DNA of 64,000 bases from Thiovulum sp. ES (lineage in GTDB: Bacteria > Campylobacterota > Campylobacteria > Campylobacterales > Thiovulaceae): contig AKKQ01000003.1 of assembly GCA_000276965.1 (NCBI GenBank), positions 462 through 64,461 of the forward strand. The letters run 5' to 3'. The first letter of the stretch is position 1, and the number at the start of each line of letters is the position of its first letter. Shown in pieces: positions 8,522 to 17,800 of this stretch. The notes under the pieces were generated by a model that worked only from the letters and a program-made list of their open reading frames with translations, was not told the origin of the DNA and did no database searches. Both the position numbers and the translations under genes were made by a program.

Positions 8522-9787
8522 CTATTTACAGTTTTGGATTTTTTCCCAATGTTCTTTAATTTCAGATTCTTCTGCTCCAAGATTTTGAATCACTTTTTGC
8601 ATTTCAACTTTTGCATCAGAACATTTTCTAATTTTATACAATCCCCAAGCAAGAGAATCAACAATATAAAAATTATCTGGTTCGAAAACCAATGCTTTTT
8701 TTACATATTCCAAACCATCTAAAATCCGAATATTATTTTGAATCATTAAATAACCAAGGTAATTATAAAATGTCGGATCATTTAATTCATTGACAACTTT
8801 TTCTAATTTCTCAATTATTGGTTCGACTCTAAATTTTGCTTCAAGATTTTCGTATTCAAAAATTGCATTTTGTGCCAAATAAATTGGCTCTTCACTCTCT
8901 TCATAGAGTCTTTTAGAGAGTTTAAAACCCTCTTCAAAATTTCGGTCTCTCATGTAAAGTCGAAGCAGAAGATCATCATCATATTTAGAATCTTTTAAAA
9001 ACTGTAAAAGTTTCTCGTTCTCACCAAAAGTATTTAAAATTTTTATAACTGTTTGAGCAATTTCAGGGTCTTCTGTTTTCTCATAAATTTCAGAATAGAC
9101 TTCTGTCGCTTTGATGTAATTTGCGGAAGTGAGAAGCATTTTTGCATAAATCAAAGATAATTCCAAATTTGTATTGTCTCTATTTGCTTTTTCTAAAAAA
9201 TCTAAAGCCTGATCTTTTTCATTCAATTTATTAAAAAGAAGTTTTGCAATTGCAATAGCGACCTCATCGCTATTTTTGACTTCATATGACTCTTTTAAAT
9301 ATTGGAGACTTTCATTAAAATCTCCCTTTTGAAAACTGATTTCAGCAAGAATTCGATAGTCAATATCTTTTTTTTCAGTAATTTCAGAAAGAGATAAATA
9401 TCCATTTTCTAAATCTCCAAGAGAGATGTAAGCAACTGAAACTTCTCGTAAATGCTTGTCATCTCGCACCATCTTTAATTCACTAAATTCACTAATTGTT
9501 TGTTCAAAAAGTGCAAGTGCATTCAAATTTTTTAAATACTCAAGCGAGTATTCACTGTCGCCAGTATCTTCAAAAAGTTTTTTGAAAATTACGGCACTTT
9601 CAACATATTCTCCTTTTGCTTGACCGTCAAGTGCAATTAGCAAAAGGAAATTTTCATTTGGAGTTGGTTTTCTCTTCTCCCTTTTCTCAATATCTTTTTC
9701 TATTGAAAACTCTGAGACCCGATTTGCATGAGCTGAGCAGTTTGAAAGAAAAATTACCGCTGAAATTGAAAGAAGATGTTTAACCAA
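8522..9787 (-). CDS. TPR-repeat lipoprotein
   Basis: 421 aa. The signal peptide ends in the lipobox FLSNC. It has repeated amphipathic helical TPR-like units ending ..ALVFEPDNFYIVDSLAWGLYK. Confidence 0.5.
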   Translation of the reverse strand: MVKHLLSISAVIFLSNCSAHANRVSEFSIEKDIEKREKRKPTPNENFLLLIALDGQAKGEYVESAVIFKKLFEDTGDSEYSLEYLKNLNALALFEQTISEFSELKMVRDDKHLREVSVAYISLGDLENGYLSLSEITEKKDIDYRILAEISFQKGDFNESLQYLKESYEVKNSDEVAIAIAKLLFNKLNEKDQALDFLEKANRDNTNLELSLIYAKMLLTSANYIKATEVYSEIYEKTEDPEIAQTVIKILNTFGENEKLLQFLKDSKYDDDLLLRLYMRDRNFEEGFKLSKRLYEESEEPIYLAQNAIFEYENLEAKFRVEPIIEKLEKVVNELNDPTFYNYLGYLMIQNNIRILDGLEYVKKALVFEPDNFYIVDSLAWGLYKIRKCSDAKVEMQKVIQNLGAEESEIKEHWEKIQNCK

Positions 9788-9791
9788 ATAT

Positions 9792-10340
9792 TTACTCCGA
9801 TTCTATTTTTAAAATTCTAATGTTTTTGTTTGTGTAGATACAAAGGTCTCCAGCGATTTCTAAAGATTCTCGAACAACCTCTTCCGCCGAAAGATTAGAA
9901 TGTTTGGCCAATGCTCGAGCTGATGAAATCGCAAAATTTCCACCACTTCCAATCGATGCAATTGCTTTGTCCTCTGGTTCTACAACGTCGCCATTTCCAG
10001 TCAAAATGTAAATATTGTTTATATCCAAAACAATCATCATCGCCTCAAGCCGTCTTAAAACTTTATCTTTTCTCCAAGCTTTTGAAAAATCAATAACAGC
10101 TTTTACAAGATCGCCTTTTCGTTGTGAAAGAAACCCGTCAAACATATCAAAAAGATTCATCGCATCGGCGGTGCTACCAGCAAAACCCGCAAGGATTTTA
10201 CCAGAGTGAAAAGTCCGCAATTTATTCGCATTGCCTTTTAAAACAGTGTTCCCAAATGTAACTTGACCATCACCACCAATTACTGCCTCTTTTTCAGTTC
10301 GATAAGCAAGAATTGTTGTCGCCTTAATATTTTGTTCCAA
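9792..10340 (-). CDS. hslV: ATP-dependent protease subunit HslV
   Basis: 182 aa. [38 protein letters not shown] are canonical HslV motifs. Confidence 0.9.
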   Translation of the reverse strand: MEQNIKATTILAYRTEKEAVIGGDGQVTFGNTVLKGNANKLRTFHSGKILAGFAGSTADAMNLFDMFDGFLSQRKGDLVKAVIDFSKAWRKDKVLRRLEAMMIVLDINNIYILTGNGDVVEPEDKAIASIGSGGNFAISSARALAKHSNLSAEEVVRESLEIAGDLCIYTNKNIRILKIESE

Positions 10341-10787
10341 CTATTTAGCCTCAATTTCAACATTTAGTGAAGCATGAATTCCATGCCCCAATTTTAAATC
10401 GAGAGTATAAACACCAGTGTGTTTTAACACATGAGTCGTCTCGATATTTTTTTTGTCGATTTCGATTCCAAATTTTTCAGAATAAGCACTTACAATGTCA
10501 TCTTTTGTAACAGCACCAAATAAAGCTCCGCCTTTTCCTGCTTTTCTATTGAAAACAATTTTCAGATTTTTCAGTTTTTCTTTTAAAGTGTTTGCCTCTG
10601 CAATCTCTTTTTTCTCGTTTTCAGCTTTCTCTTTTTGATCAGCCTCAAACTTTTCGAGAACATCATCGGTAGCAATTTTCGCTAAGCCGTTTTTGACAAG
10701 GAAGTTCCGACCATATCCGTCTTTAACATCTTTGACTTCACCTTTAGCTCCAGTTCCTTTAACATCTTTTAAAAGAAGAACTCTCAT
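10341..10787 (-). CDS. rplI: 50S ribosomal protein L9
   Basis: 148 aa, beginning [36 protein letters not shown]. Confidence 0.9.
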   Translation of the reverse strand: MRVLLLKDVKGTGAKGEVKDVKDGYGRNFLVKNGLAKIATDDVLEKFEADQKEKAENEKKEIAEANTLKEKLKNLKIVFNRKAGKGGALFGAVTKDDIVSAYSEKFGIEIDKKNIETTHVLKHTGVYTLDLKLGHGIHASLNVEIEAK

Positions 10788-10803
10788 TTAAAATCCTTAT
10801 ATT

Positions 10804-12399
10804 TTAATAATCTCGATCTCTTCGGTCTCTTCTGTCCCGTCGATCTCTTCTGAATCCACCATCACGGTCATCACGACGATTTCCACCTCGATATCCGCCT
10901 CGATCACCACCGCCATCACGACTGCCATCACGACCGCCATCACGACGATTTCCGCCTCGGTAGCCACCTCGATCACCACCGCCATCACGATGATTGCCAC
11001 CTCGGTATCCGCCACCACCTTTTCGGTAGCCACCTCGACCGCCTCGATCTCTACCACCACCGTGCGAACTATATTTTTTAATTCGTTCGATGTCATCAAG
11101 AGTCTTTCCAATTATATCAGAACCTCGGATTTTATAATCTTCAGCGATAATTGAAGCGAATTTATAAAGTAGTGTTTTGTCATCATACTCATTCTCAAGC
11201 ATAGTAACAAGTGTTGTTCCATCATCAGAATTTTCAGTCTCTTCAACTCTACTTGCAAAACTCTCCATTTTTTTCTCTCGAACTTCTGAGATATTTGGAA
11301 TTACTTTTGTAATAAGTTTTGAACCTGTGCTTTTTTCGATTTTTTGAAGACTTCTATACTCTTGCGGAGTAATAATTGAAACTGCAAATCCGTCTCGACC
11401 AGCTCGACCAGTTCGTCCAATTCTATGAACATAACTTTCGCTATCAAAAGGAATGTGGTAGTTGAAAACATGAGTTACATCAGAAACATCAAGTCCTCGA
11501 GATGCAACATCAGTCGCAATTAAGATTTCACCATCTTTACTTTTAAAGTCTCGAATTACAGCTTCTCGAACTCTCTGTTCAATATCACCGTGAAGTGCTT
11601 TTGCTGAAAAACCTTGAGAATTTAAAATTCCTGCAACTCTATCAACTTCTCTTTTTGTTCGGCAGAAAATAATAGATTTTGTTGGGTTTTTGTAATCGAT
11701 AAGTCGAACAAGAGCTTCGTCTCTCTCTCTCTCTTCAACAACATAGTAAGATTGTGTAATATTATCGTTTGTTACTTTGTCTTTTGTGATTGAGATTATT
11801 TTTGGATCAACAAGGAATTGCTCAGAAAGGTTTCTGATTTCATGTGGCATTGTTGCTGAAAAAAGTAGAGTTTGTCTCTCAGATGGCATGTAAGAGAAAA
11901 TCTCTTTAATATCGTCAAGGAATCCCATGTCTAACATCTCATCAGCTTCGTCAAGAATGAGAGTTTTTGGAGAAATATTTATCGGGTCTGTAACCTTACC
12001 TTTGATGAGGTCAAGTAATCTTCCTGGAGTCCCAATAACAATTGATGCATTTTTAATATGATCCAATTGTCTTTTATACGAAGTTCCTCCGTAAATTGTA
12101 GCTGTTCGAATTCCTAAACTTCGACCGAATTTAAAAATTTCATCACTAACTTGAACAGCAAGTTCTCTTGTTGGAACAACAATTAGGGCTTCAACTTGCC
12201 CATTTAATTCTAAATTTGATAATACTGGCAATCCAAATGCTGCAGTTTTTCCTGTTCCTGTGTGTGCCTGTGCAACGACATCTTTTCCCTCTAAAACGGC
12301 AGGAATTGCTTCGATTTGAACCGGACTAGGCTCTACAAAACCAGCTATCTCTACTGCCTTGAAAACTTCTTGTTTTAAATTAAATTCTTTAAAATTCAT
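10804..12399 (-). CDS. DEAD-box ATP-dependent RNA helicase with an RGG/RD-rich C-terminal tail
   Basis: 531 aa. Q motif and Walker A (AHTGTGKTAAF), DEAD box (LDEADEML), SAT, HRIGRTGRAG. The last 90 aa or so are GGRDRGGRGGYRKGGGGYRGGN...RRDRRDRRDRRDRDY. Confidence 0.9.
   Translation of the reverse strand: MNFKEFNLKQEVFKAVEIAGFVEPSPVQIEAIPAVLEGKDVVAQAHTGTGKTAAFGLPVLSNLELNGQVEALIVVPTRELAVQVSDEIFKFGRSLGIRTATIYGGTSYKRQLDHIKNASIVIGTPGRLLDLIKGKVTDPINISPKTLILDEADEMLDMGFLDDIKEIFSYMPSERQTLLFSATMPHEIRNLSEQFLVDPKIISITKDKVTNDNITQSYYVVEERERDEALVRLIDYKNPTKSIIFCRTKREVDRVAGILNSQGFSAKALHGDIEQRVREAVIRDFKSKDGEILIATDVASRGLDVSDVTHVFNYHIPFDSESYVHRIGRTGRAGRDGFAVSIITPQEYRSLQKIEKSTGSKLITKVIPNISEVREKKMESFASRVEETENSDDGTTLVTMLENEYDDKTLLYKFASIIAEDYKIRGSDIIGKTLDDIERIKKYSSHGGGRDRGGRGGYRKGGGGYRGGNHRDGGGDRGGYRGGNRRDGGRDGSRDGGGDRGGYRGGNRRDDRDGGFRRDRRDRRDRRDRDY
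10871..11008. repeat. Imperfect 69-bp tandem duplication encoding the RGG tail
   Basis: TCACGACGATTTCC begins at 10871 and again at 10940 (period 69 nt). The first 50 nt or so of each unit are nearly identical. They encode RDGGGDRGGYRGGNRRD twice. Confidence 0.7.
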
Positions 12400-12686
12400 G
12401 TTAATCTTTGTTTGTGAAAATCACAATTTATAATGTGTGTGTGTAATGTTTTTTGCTGTGAAGAACCAAATCTTGTGGGTTTGTTTGGAAATATTAAACG
12501 GAAAGTTTAAATATAAAGGTTCAAGCAGTAGTTCCTACCGCATATGATATACACACTTGTCTTAAAAATCAGCTTTTGTCTTACTGAAAAATATACAGGG
12601 GGAATTGTAACATAGTTTTAAAAATCATCTTTTTTATAAAATACAATTATAATGTGTAGATTTTGTAAGTTTTTTGTCCTTCTATT

Positions 12687-14825
12687 GTGGTAGATTCTAC
12701 TAAAAATAAATTGGATTATAAAATGGATTATAAAATGGAAAAACTTTTTAAACCTCGTTCAGTTGCTGTTATTGGTGCTTCAACAAATACAGAAAAACTC
12801 GGCTATAAAATTATGTCAAATATTATCTCTTCTGGTTATCAGGGAAAACTATATCCTGTTACACCAAAAGGTGGTGAAGTTCTCGGGAGAAAAGCCTACA
12901 AATCTCTACTTGAAATTGAAGGTGAAGTTGATTTTATCGCAATTGTTGTTCGAGTTGATTTTGTTCATGATGTTATTCGTGAAGCTGTTCAAAAAGGAGT
13001 CAAATTTGCTGAAATTATCACTTCTGGATTTAGTGAAGTTGGAGAAAAAGAGCTTGAAAATGAAGTAGTTGCAACTGCAAAAGCTGGTGGATTGAGAATT
13101 ATTGGTCCAAATATGTTTGGTGTCTATTCAAAAGCTTCTCACATGAATGCTACTTTTAGTGCGAAAAAAGTGCTTGAGGGAAATGTGGCGGTTCTTACTC
13201 AAAGTGGAGCGATTGGTGTTGCGATGGTTGGAAAAACTGAAGTTGAAAATGTCGGTCTCTCTTCTATTATCTCTTTTGGAAACAAAGCGGACATAAATGA
13301 AGCGGACATTGTTGAATATTTGGAAACTGATGAAAATACAAAAGCAATTCTTCTTTATGTCGAAGGAATTAAAGATGGTGAGAGAGTGCTAAAAAATCTC
13401 AAAAGTGTTGCAATGGTGAAACCGACAATTATTTTGAAATCTGGAGTGTCAAAACGGGGAGCAATGGCAGTTGCATCTCACACAGGTTCTCTTGCAGGTT
13501 CTGATCGAGTTTTCAATGAAATCATGAAACAGAGTGGAGTTTTACGAGCAACAACAATGAGAGAAGCGATAAATTGGAGTCAATTCCTCTCAAATTCCCC
13601 AGAGCCAAAAGGTTTTAACACTCTTGTAATTACAAACGGTGGAGGACTTGGAGCATTGGCAACAGACTCTGCGGAAAAGTGGAGTGTCGACCTCATCGAA
13701 GGTTCTGAATATATGAGTGAGAGATATAAAGCAATTGCACCAGATTTTGGAAGTTTGCAAAACCCAATCGATATTACAGGTGGTGCGGACGGAAATATGT
13801 ATCGGAAAGCTTTACGATTAGCTCTCGAAGACCCACAAGTTGATTCCGTAATTGTTCTTGGAACTGAAGTTGCTGTTTTTCCTGCTGAAGATATTGAAGC
13901 AATGATTCGAGAAGAGTTGGAAATTGGATTGAAAAAACCTGTTGCCTTTTCATTTGTTGGCGGAAAAGAGATGGAAGAGCGAATAGTTGAAATGAGAAAA
14001 GATGGAGTTCCAATTTTTGCAGATGTTGATGATGCACTTTCTGCTTTTGGTGCAATGTATCGACGATACCGAAATTTGATCCGAAGCCGTGAAACTGTTT
14101 TGCGACCGCAATTAGACAAACTCGATAAAAGTTGTAAGATTGTTGAAAAAGCAATTTCTGAAGGTCGTGATTCTCTTTTAACAACAGAAGCAATGAAAAT
14201 TCTCAAACATTTAAAAATCTCAAATCCAGAAAATGGTGTTGCTAAAAACAGCAAAGAGGCGAAAGAACTTGCGAAAAATATCGGTTTTCCTGTTGTTATG
14301 AAAATTCTTTCAAAAGATATTCTTCACAAATCTGATGCGGGTGGTGTTCTTGTTGGTCTTAAAAATGCAGATGAGGTCGAAAAAGGCTTTGAGAAAATTA
14401 TTAAAAATGCAAAAAAATATAAGTCAAATGCAAATATCGAGGGAGTTGAAATTGTTGAAATGGTGAAATCTTCCACTGAAATTATTCTTGGTGCTAGACG
14501 AGATGAGCAGTTTGGAACAACTGTTATGGCAGGTGTCGGTGGAATTTATGTCGAAGTTTTTAATGATGTCTCTTTCCGTTCATATCCGCTGACTCGTGAA
14601 GAAGTTTCTCGAATGTTCAAATCTACAAAACTCCAAAAATTACTTGGCGGTGTTCGTGGTGAAGCTCCTCGTGATTCTGAAATTCTTATCGATACGATTT
14701 TAAAACTTGGTGAAATTGTTGAGAGTTGTCCAAAAATCAGCGATATTGAAATCAATCCACTTTTCCTTTACGAAAAAGGTCTGAAAGCAGTTGATGCACG
14801 AATTATTTTAAATACAAAAAAATAG
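12687..14825 (+). CDS. Acetyl-CoA synthetase (ADP-forming) / NDP-forming acyl-CoA synthetase, fused alpha-beta type
   Basis: 712 aa. It has a CoA-binding N-terminus (FKPRSVAVIGASTNTEKLGY), a succinyl-CoA-ligase-like middle (SHTGSLAGS) and an ATP-grasp C-terminus. The true start is probably the ATG at 12735 (MEKLFKP) rather than the GTG at 12687. Confidence 0.8.
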   Translation: MVDSTKNKLDYKMDYKMEKLFKPRSVAVIGASTNTEKLGYKIMSNIISSGYQGKLYPVTPKGGEVLGRKAYKSLLEIEGEVDFIAIVVRVDFVHDVIREAVQKGVKFAEIITSGFSEVGEKELENEVVATAKAGGLRIIGPNMFGVYSKASHMNATFSAKKVLEGNVAVLTQSGAIGVAMVGKTEVENVGLSSIISFGNKADINEADIVEYLETDENTKAILLYVEGIKDGERVLKNLKSVAMVKPTIILKSGVSKRGAMAVASHTGSLAGSDRVFNEIMKQSGVLRATTMREAINWSQFLSNSPEPKGFNTLVITNGGGLGALATDSAEKWSVDLIEGSEYMSERYKAIAPDFGSLQNPIDITGGADGNMYRKALRLALEDPQVDSVIVLGTEVAVFPAEDIEAMIREELEIGLKKPVAFSFVGGKEMEERIVEMRKDGVPIFADVDDALSAFGAMYRRYRNLIRSRETVLRPQLDKLDKSCKIVEKAISEGRDSLLTTEAMKILKHLKISNPENGVAKNSKEAKELAKNIGFPVVMKILSKDILHKSDAGGVLVGLKNADEVEKGFEKIIKNAKKYKSNANIEGVEIVEMVKSSTEIILGARRDEQFGTTVMAGVGGIYVEVFNDVSFRSYPLTREEVSRMFKSTKLQKLLGGVRGEAPRDSEILIDTILKLGEIVESCPKISDIEINPLFLYEKGLKAVDARIILNTKK

Positions 14826-14827
14826 CT

Positions 14828-14849
14828 TTTGTCGGAGAAATCCGACAAA
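14828..14849. terminator. Bidirectional hairpin terminator; copy A of the TTGTCGGA/TCCGACAA hairpin family
   Basis: TTTGTCGGA (14828-14836), GAAA loop, TCCGACAAA (14841-14849). It lies between the convergent stops at 14825 (+) and 14853 (-). Confidence 0.7.
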
Positions 14850-14852
14850 TTC

Positions 14853-17800
14853 CTAACTTTCACCAATTCTACTTAAAAATGTATCCCCAAAATCACTCAA
14901 AACATAGAAATCTGTTTCAACTAAAAAATGTCTATTTTCATACCAAAAATAGATAATGAGTTGAAAATTTCCATTAAGCTCTTTTGCAGTTTCTCGAAGA
15001 AGAATCATTTCGCTTTTGTTTAAAAAGAAGTTCAAATTTAAATATGTTTTTCCTCTTTTAACTGTTTCTGTCGTTGGTTCATCATTTTCAATAACTTTTG
15101 GTTCAATATCTTCTTGAGTTTTGCCTTTTTTTAACTTTTTACTTTTTTCGACGACCTCATCGAGAGTAAAAAACTTTTTATAATTAAATTTGACTTCACT
15201 CCCTTCCAATTTAATTAAAGTTCTCATTCCAATCGGTTTTGATAAATCCATCTCTTTTAAAATCTCAATTTCACTCGCAAAGAAAATTAGACTAACTTCA
15301 CCAGAAGTATCTTCAATTTTTCCAATCGAATATGGATTACCAGCTTTTGAAATTTTTTCTTCACCAATATCTACAAAACCGACAAAAACCACTTCTTGTT
15401 CATGCTTGAAATTTACATTATCAATAATTTTAGAAACTTTTTTAAATTCGGAAATCTGTTCTTGAAATTCTTTAAATTTGGAATCTGAAAATTTCTGAAT
15501 TGCATCATCTAAAGAAAAAAACTCTTTGTTTTCCAATTTAAAATTCTCATCTTCTATTTTTAAAGAAGCTTTAATTCCAATTGGTTTTGATAAGTCAAGT
15601 TGCTTTAAAATTTGCATCTCTTTACCAAACATCATAAATTCAAGTTCGCCTGTGAAATCTGATATTTTTCCTTTTCCGTAGAGATTTCCAGCATTTGATA
15701 TTTTTTCCTCAAACTCAACAAAACCAACTAAAAATACTTTTTGCCAATTTTGAAAATCATCTTTTTCTGTTGTTTTTGAGATATTTTTTAATTTGGAAAT
15801 ATCTTCTCGATATTCGTCAAGTGGGTGAGCTGAAACATAAAAATTTAAAACCTCTTTTTCAAGTTCTAATTTTTCTTTCAGTCTATATTCAGTTCGTGGA
15901 ACTAATTTTAGTTCTTTTGTATTTTCGGTGAAATTGTCATCATCTCCGAAAAGTCCCTCGGAAGCACTTTTTTGTAATTTGCCAACTTCACTAGCAAATT
16001 GCACAATTTTCTCAATTTCGTCAAGTAGTGTTTTTCGATTGTAATTCGTTTTGTCAAAACCACCTGCTTTAATTAAGGATTCAAAAGTTCCTTTATTTGG
16101 TTTTACACGATTTAAAAAATCAGGAATATCTTTAAATTCTCCATTTTTTTGAGCTTCTACAATTGTTTCAACTGCACTACCGCCAACACCTTTAATTCCT
16201 TCAAGCCCAAAAAGAACTGCTTCTTTTCCATCTTTTTCAACAATTGAAAAACCTTTTTGAGATTTGTTTATATCTGGAGACAAAATTTCAATACCCATTG
16301 TTTTTGCTTCTTCAACATAAAGTGCAATTTTGTCCATGTTTCGGCTTTCAGTTGAGAGAAGAGAAGCCATAAATTCAGCAGGATAGTGTGCTTTTAAATA
16401 TGCAGTTTGGAAAGTGATCATCGCATAAGCGGCGGAGTGTGATTTGTTGAATCCGTAACCAGCAAATTTTTCGATGAGGTCAAACAGTTCTTCCGCAATT
16501 TCTCTATCAAGTCCCTGTTCTTCAGCACCGTCGGCAAATTGTGATTTATACTCTTTCATCAAATCAATCTTCTTTTTACCCATTGCTCGACGAACAATAT
16601 CTGATTTTCCAAGTGAAAAACCACCAATTTTTTGAACAATTTGCATAACTTGTTCCTGATACACAATCATTCCATAAGTTGGATCTAAAATCTCTTTTAG
16701 CTGTTCAGGAAATTCCTTACCTTCAAATGGATAAAAAATATCTTGTCGTCCATGTTTTCGTTCAACAAAATCGTCTAACATTCCCGCTTCCATTGGACCA
16801 GGTCGGTAGAGAGCAATAAGTGCGATGACATCTTCAAAATTTGATGGTTTCATTCGCTTATTCAAATCTCGCATTCCGCCTGACTCGATTTGGAACATAC
16901 CGATTGTTTTTCCCGCCGACATCATTTCGTAAACTTTTGGATCGTTCATATCGATGTCGTGCCAAACAATGTCAATATTTTTGTGTTTTTTAACCAAATC
17001 AATCGCACCAAAAATTACATCAAGTGTTTTTAAACCAAGAAAGTCAAACTTAATTAAATCAACATCTTCCAAATAATCAAGCGAATATTGGGTAACAAAG
17101 TCGCCCTCTTTTGAAAGGTGAAGCGGTGTTTTATTCCAAAGTGCCTCGTTTGAAATTACAAGTCCCGCTGCATGAATTCCTGTATTTCGTTTAAGTCCTT
17201 CTAGCTTTTCAGAAATATCCCAAACTTTTTGCAAATCAGGATTATTTTGTAGCGAGTCTGTGATTCTTGGCTCACTCTCTTTTGCTTTTTTCAGTGTAAT
17301 TTTTAGCTCTTCAGGAATCAATTTCACAAATTCATTCACAATTGGTAGCGGAATATCAAAAACACGACTCACATCTCGGATTACTCCTTTTGGCAAAAGG
17401 GAACTGAAAGTTGTAACTTGTGCTACATTTTCCCGTCCATATTTTTCCTGCACATAGCGAATAATCTCTTTCCGTTTGTTTTGTGCAAAATCCATATCAA
17501 TATCAGGCATTGAGACCCGTTCAGGATTTAAAAATCTCTCAAAAAGCAAATCATATTTTAGTGGATCGATGTCGGTGATTCTGAGAGCAAAAGCAACAAG
17601 CGAACCTGCTGCTGAATTATGAACCGTGTAATTTGTTGTTGTGTATGAGTGATCGTCTTTCACTGAAAAATCAAAAACTTCTGTTTTCTTCTTTGGGATT
17701 TTTGTGATTTTTCGAACTTTTAATTTAATGTGATCATCAAAAGTTTGATACTCTTCTTCATTGGAAGCAAAATGTGATTTTAAAACATATATATTATCAA

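Noticed and set aside
10797-11111. A 104-aa ORF is rich in V, E, A and I repeats (VVMAVVMAVV...).
   Set aside because: It is an alternative frame of the G+C-rich 69-bp repeat that encodes the helicase RGG tail. The helicase frame is continuous with a canonical DEAD-box core.
12712-12737. A direct 12-bp duplication, TGGATTATAAAA x2, gives the MDYKMDYK string at the 5' end of the acetyl-CoA synthetase ORF.
   Set aside because: I considered it as a regulatory tandem repeat or slippage site. With only two copies, it most likely lies in the leader or an optional N-terminal extension upstream of the probable ATG at 12735. There is no evidence for function.
13580-14254. ORFs of 224 and 139 aa lie antisense to the acetyl-CoA synthetase gene.
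   Set aside because: They are open by chance on the opposite strand of a well-supported 712-aa gene, with no motif and a low-complexity Ser/Arg/Phe-rich translation.
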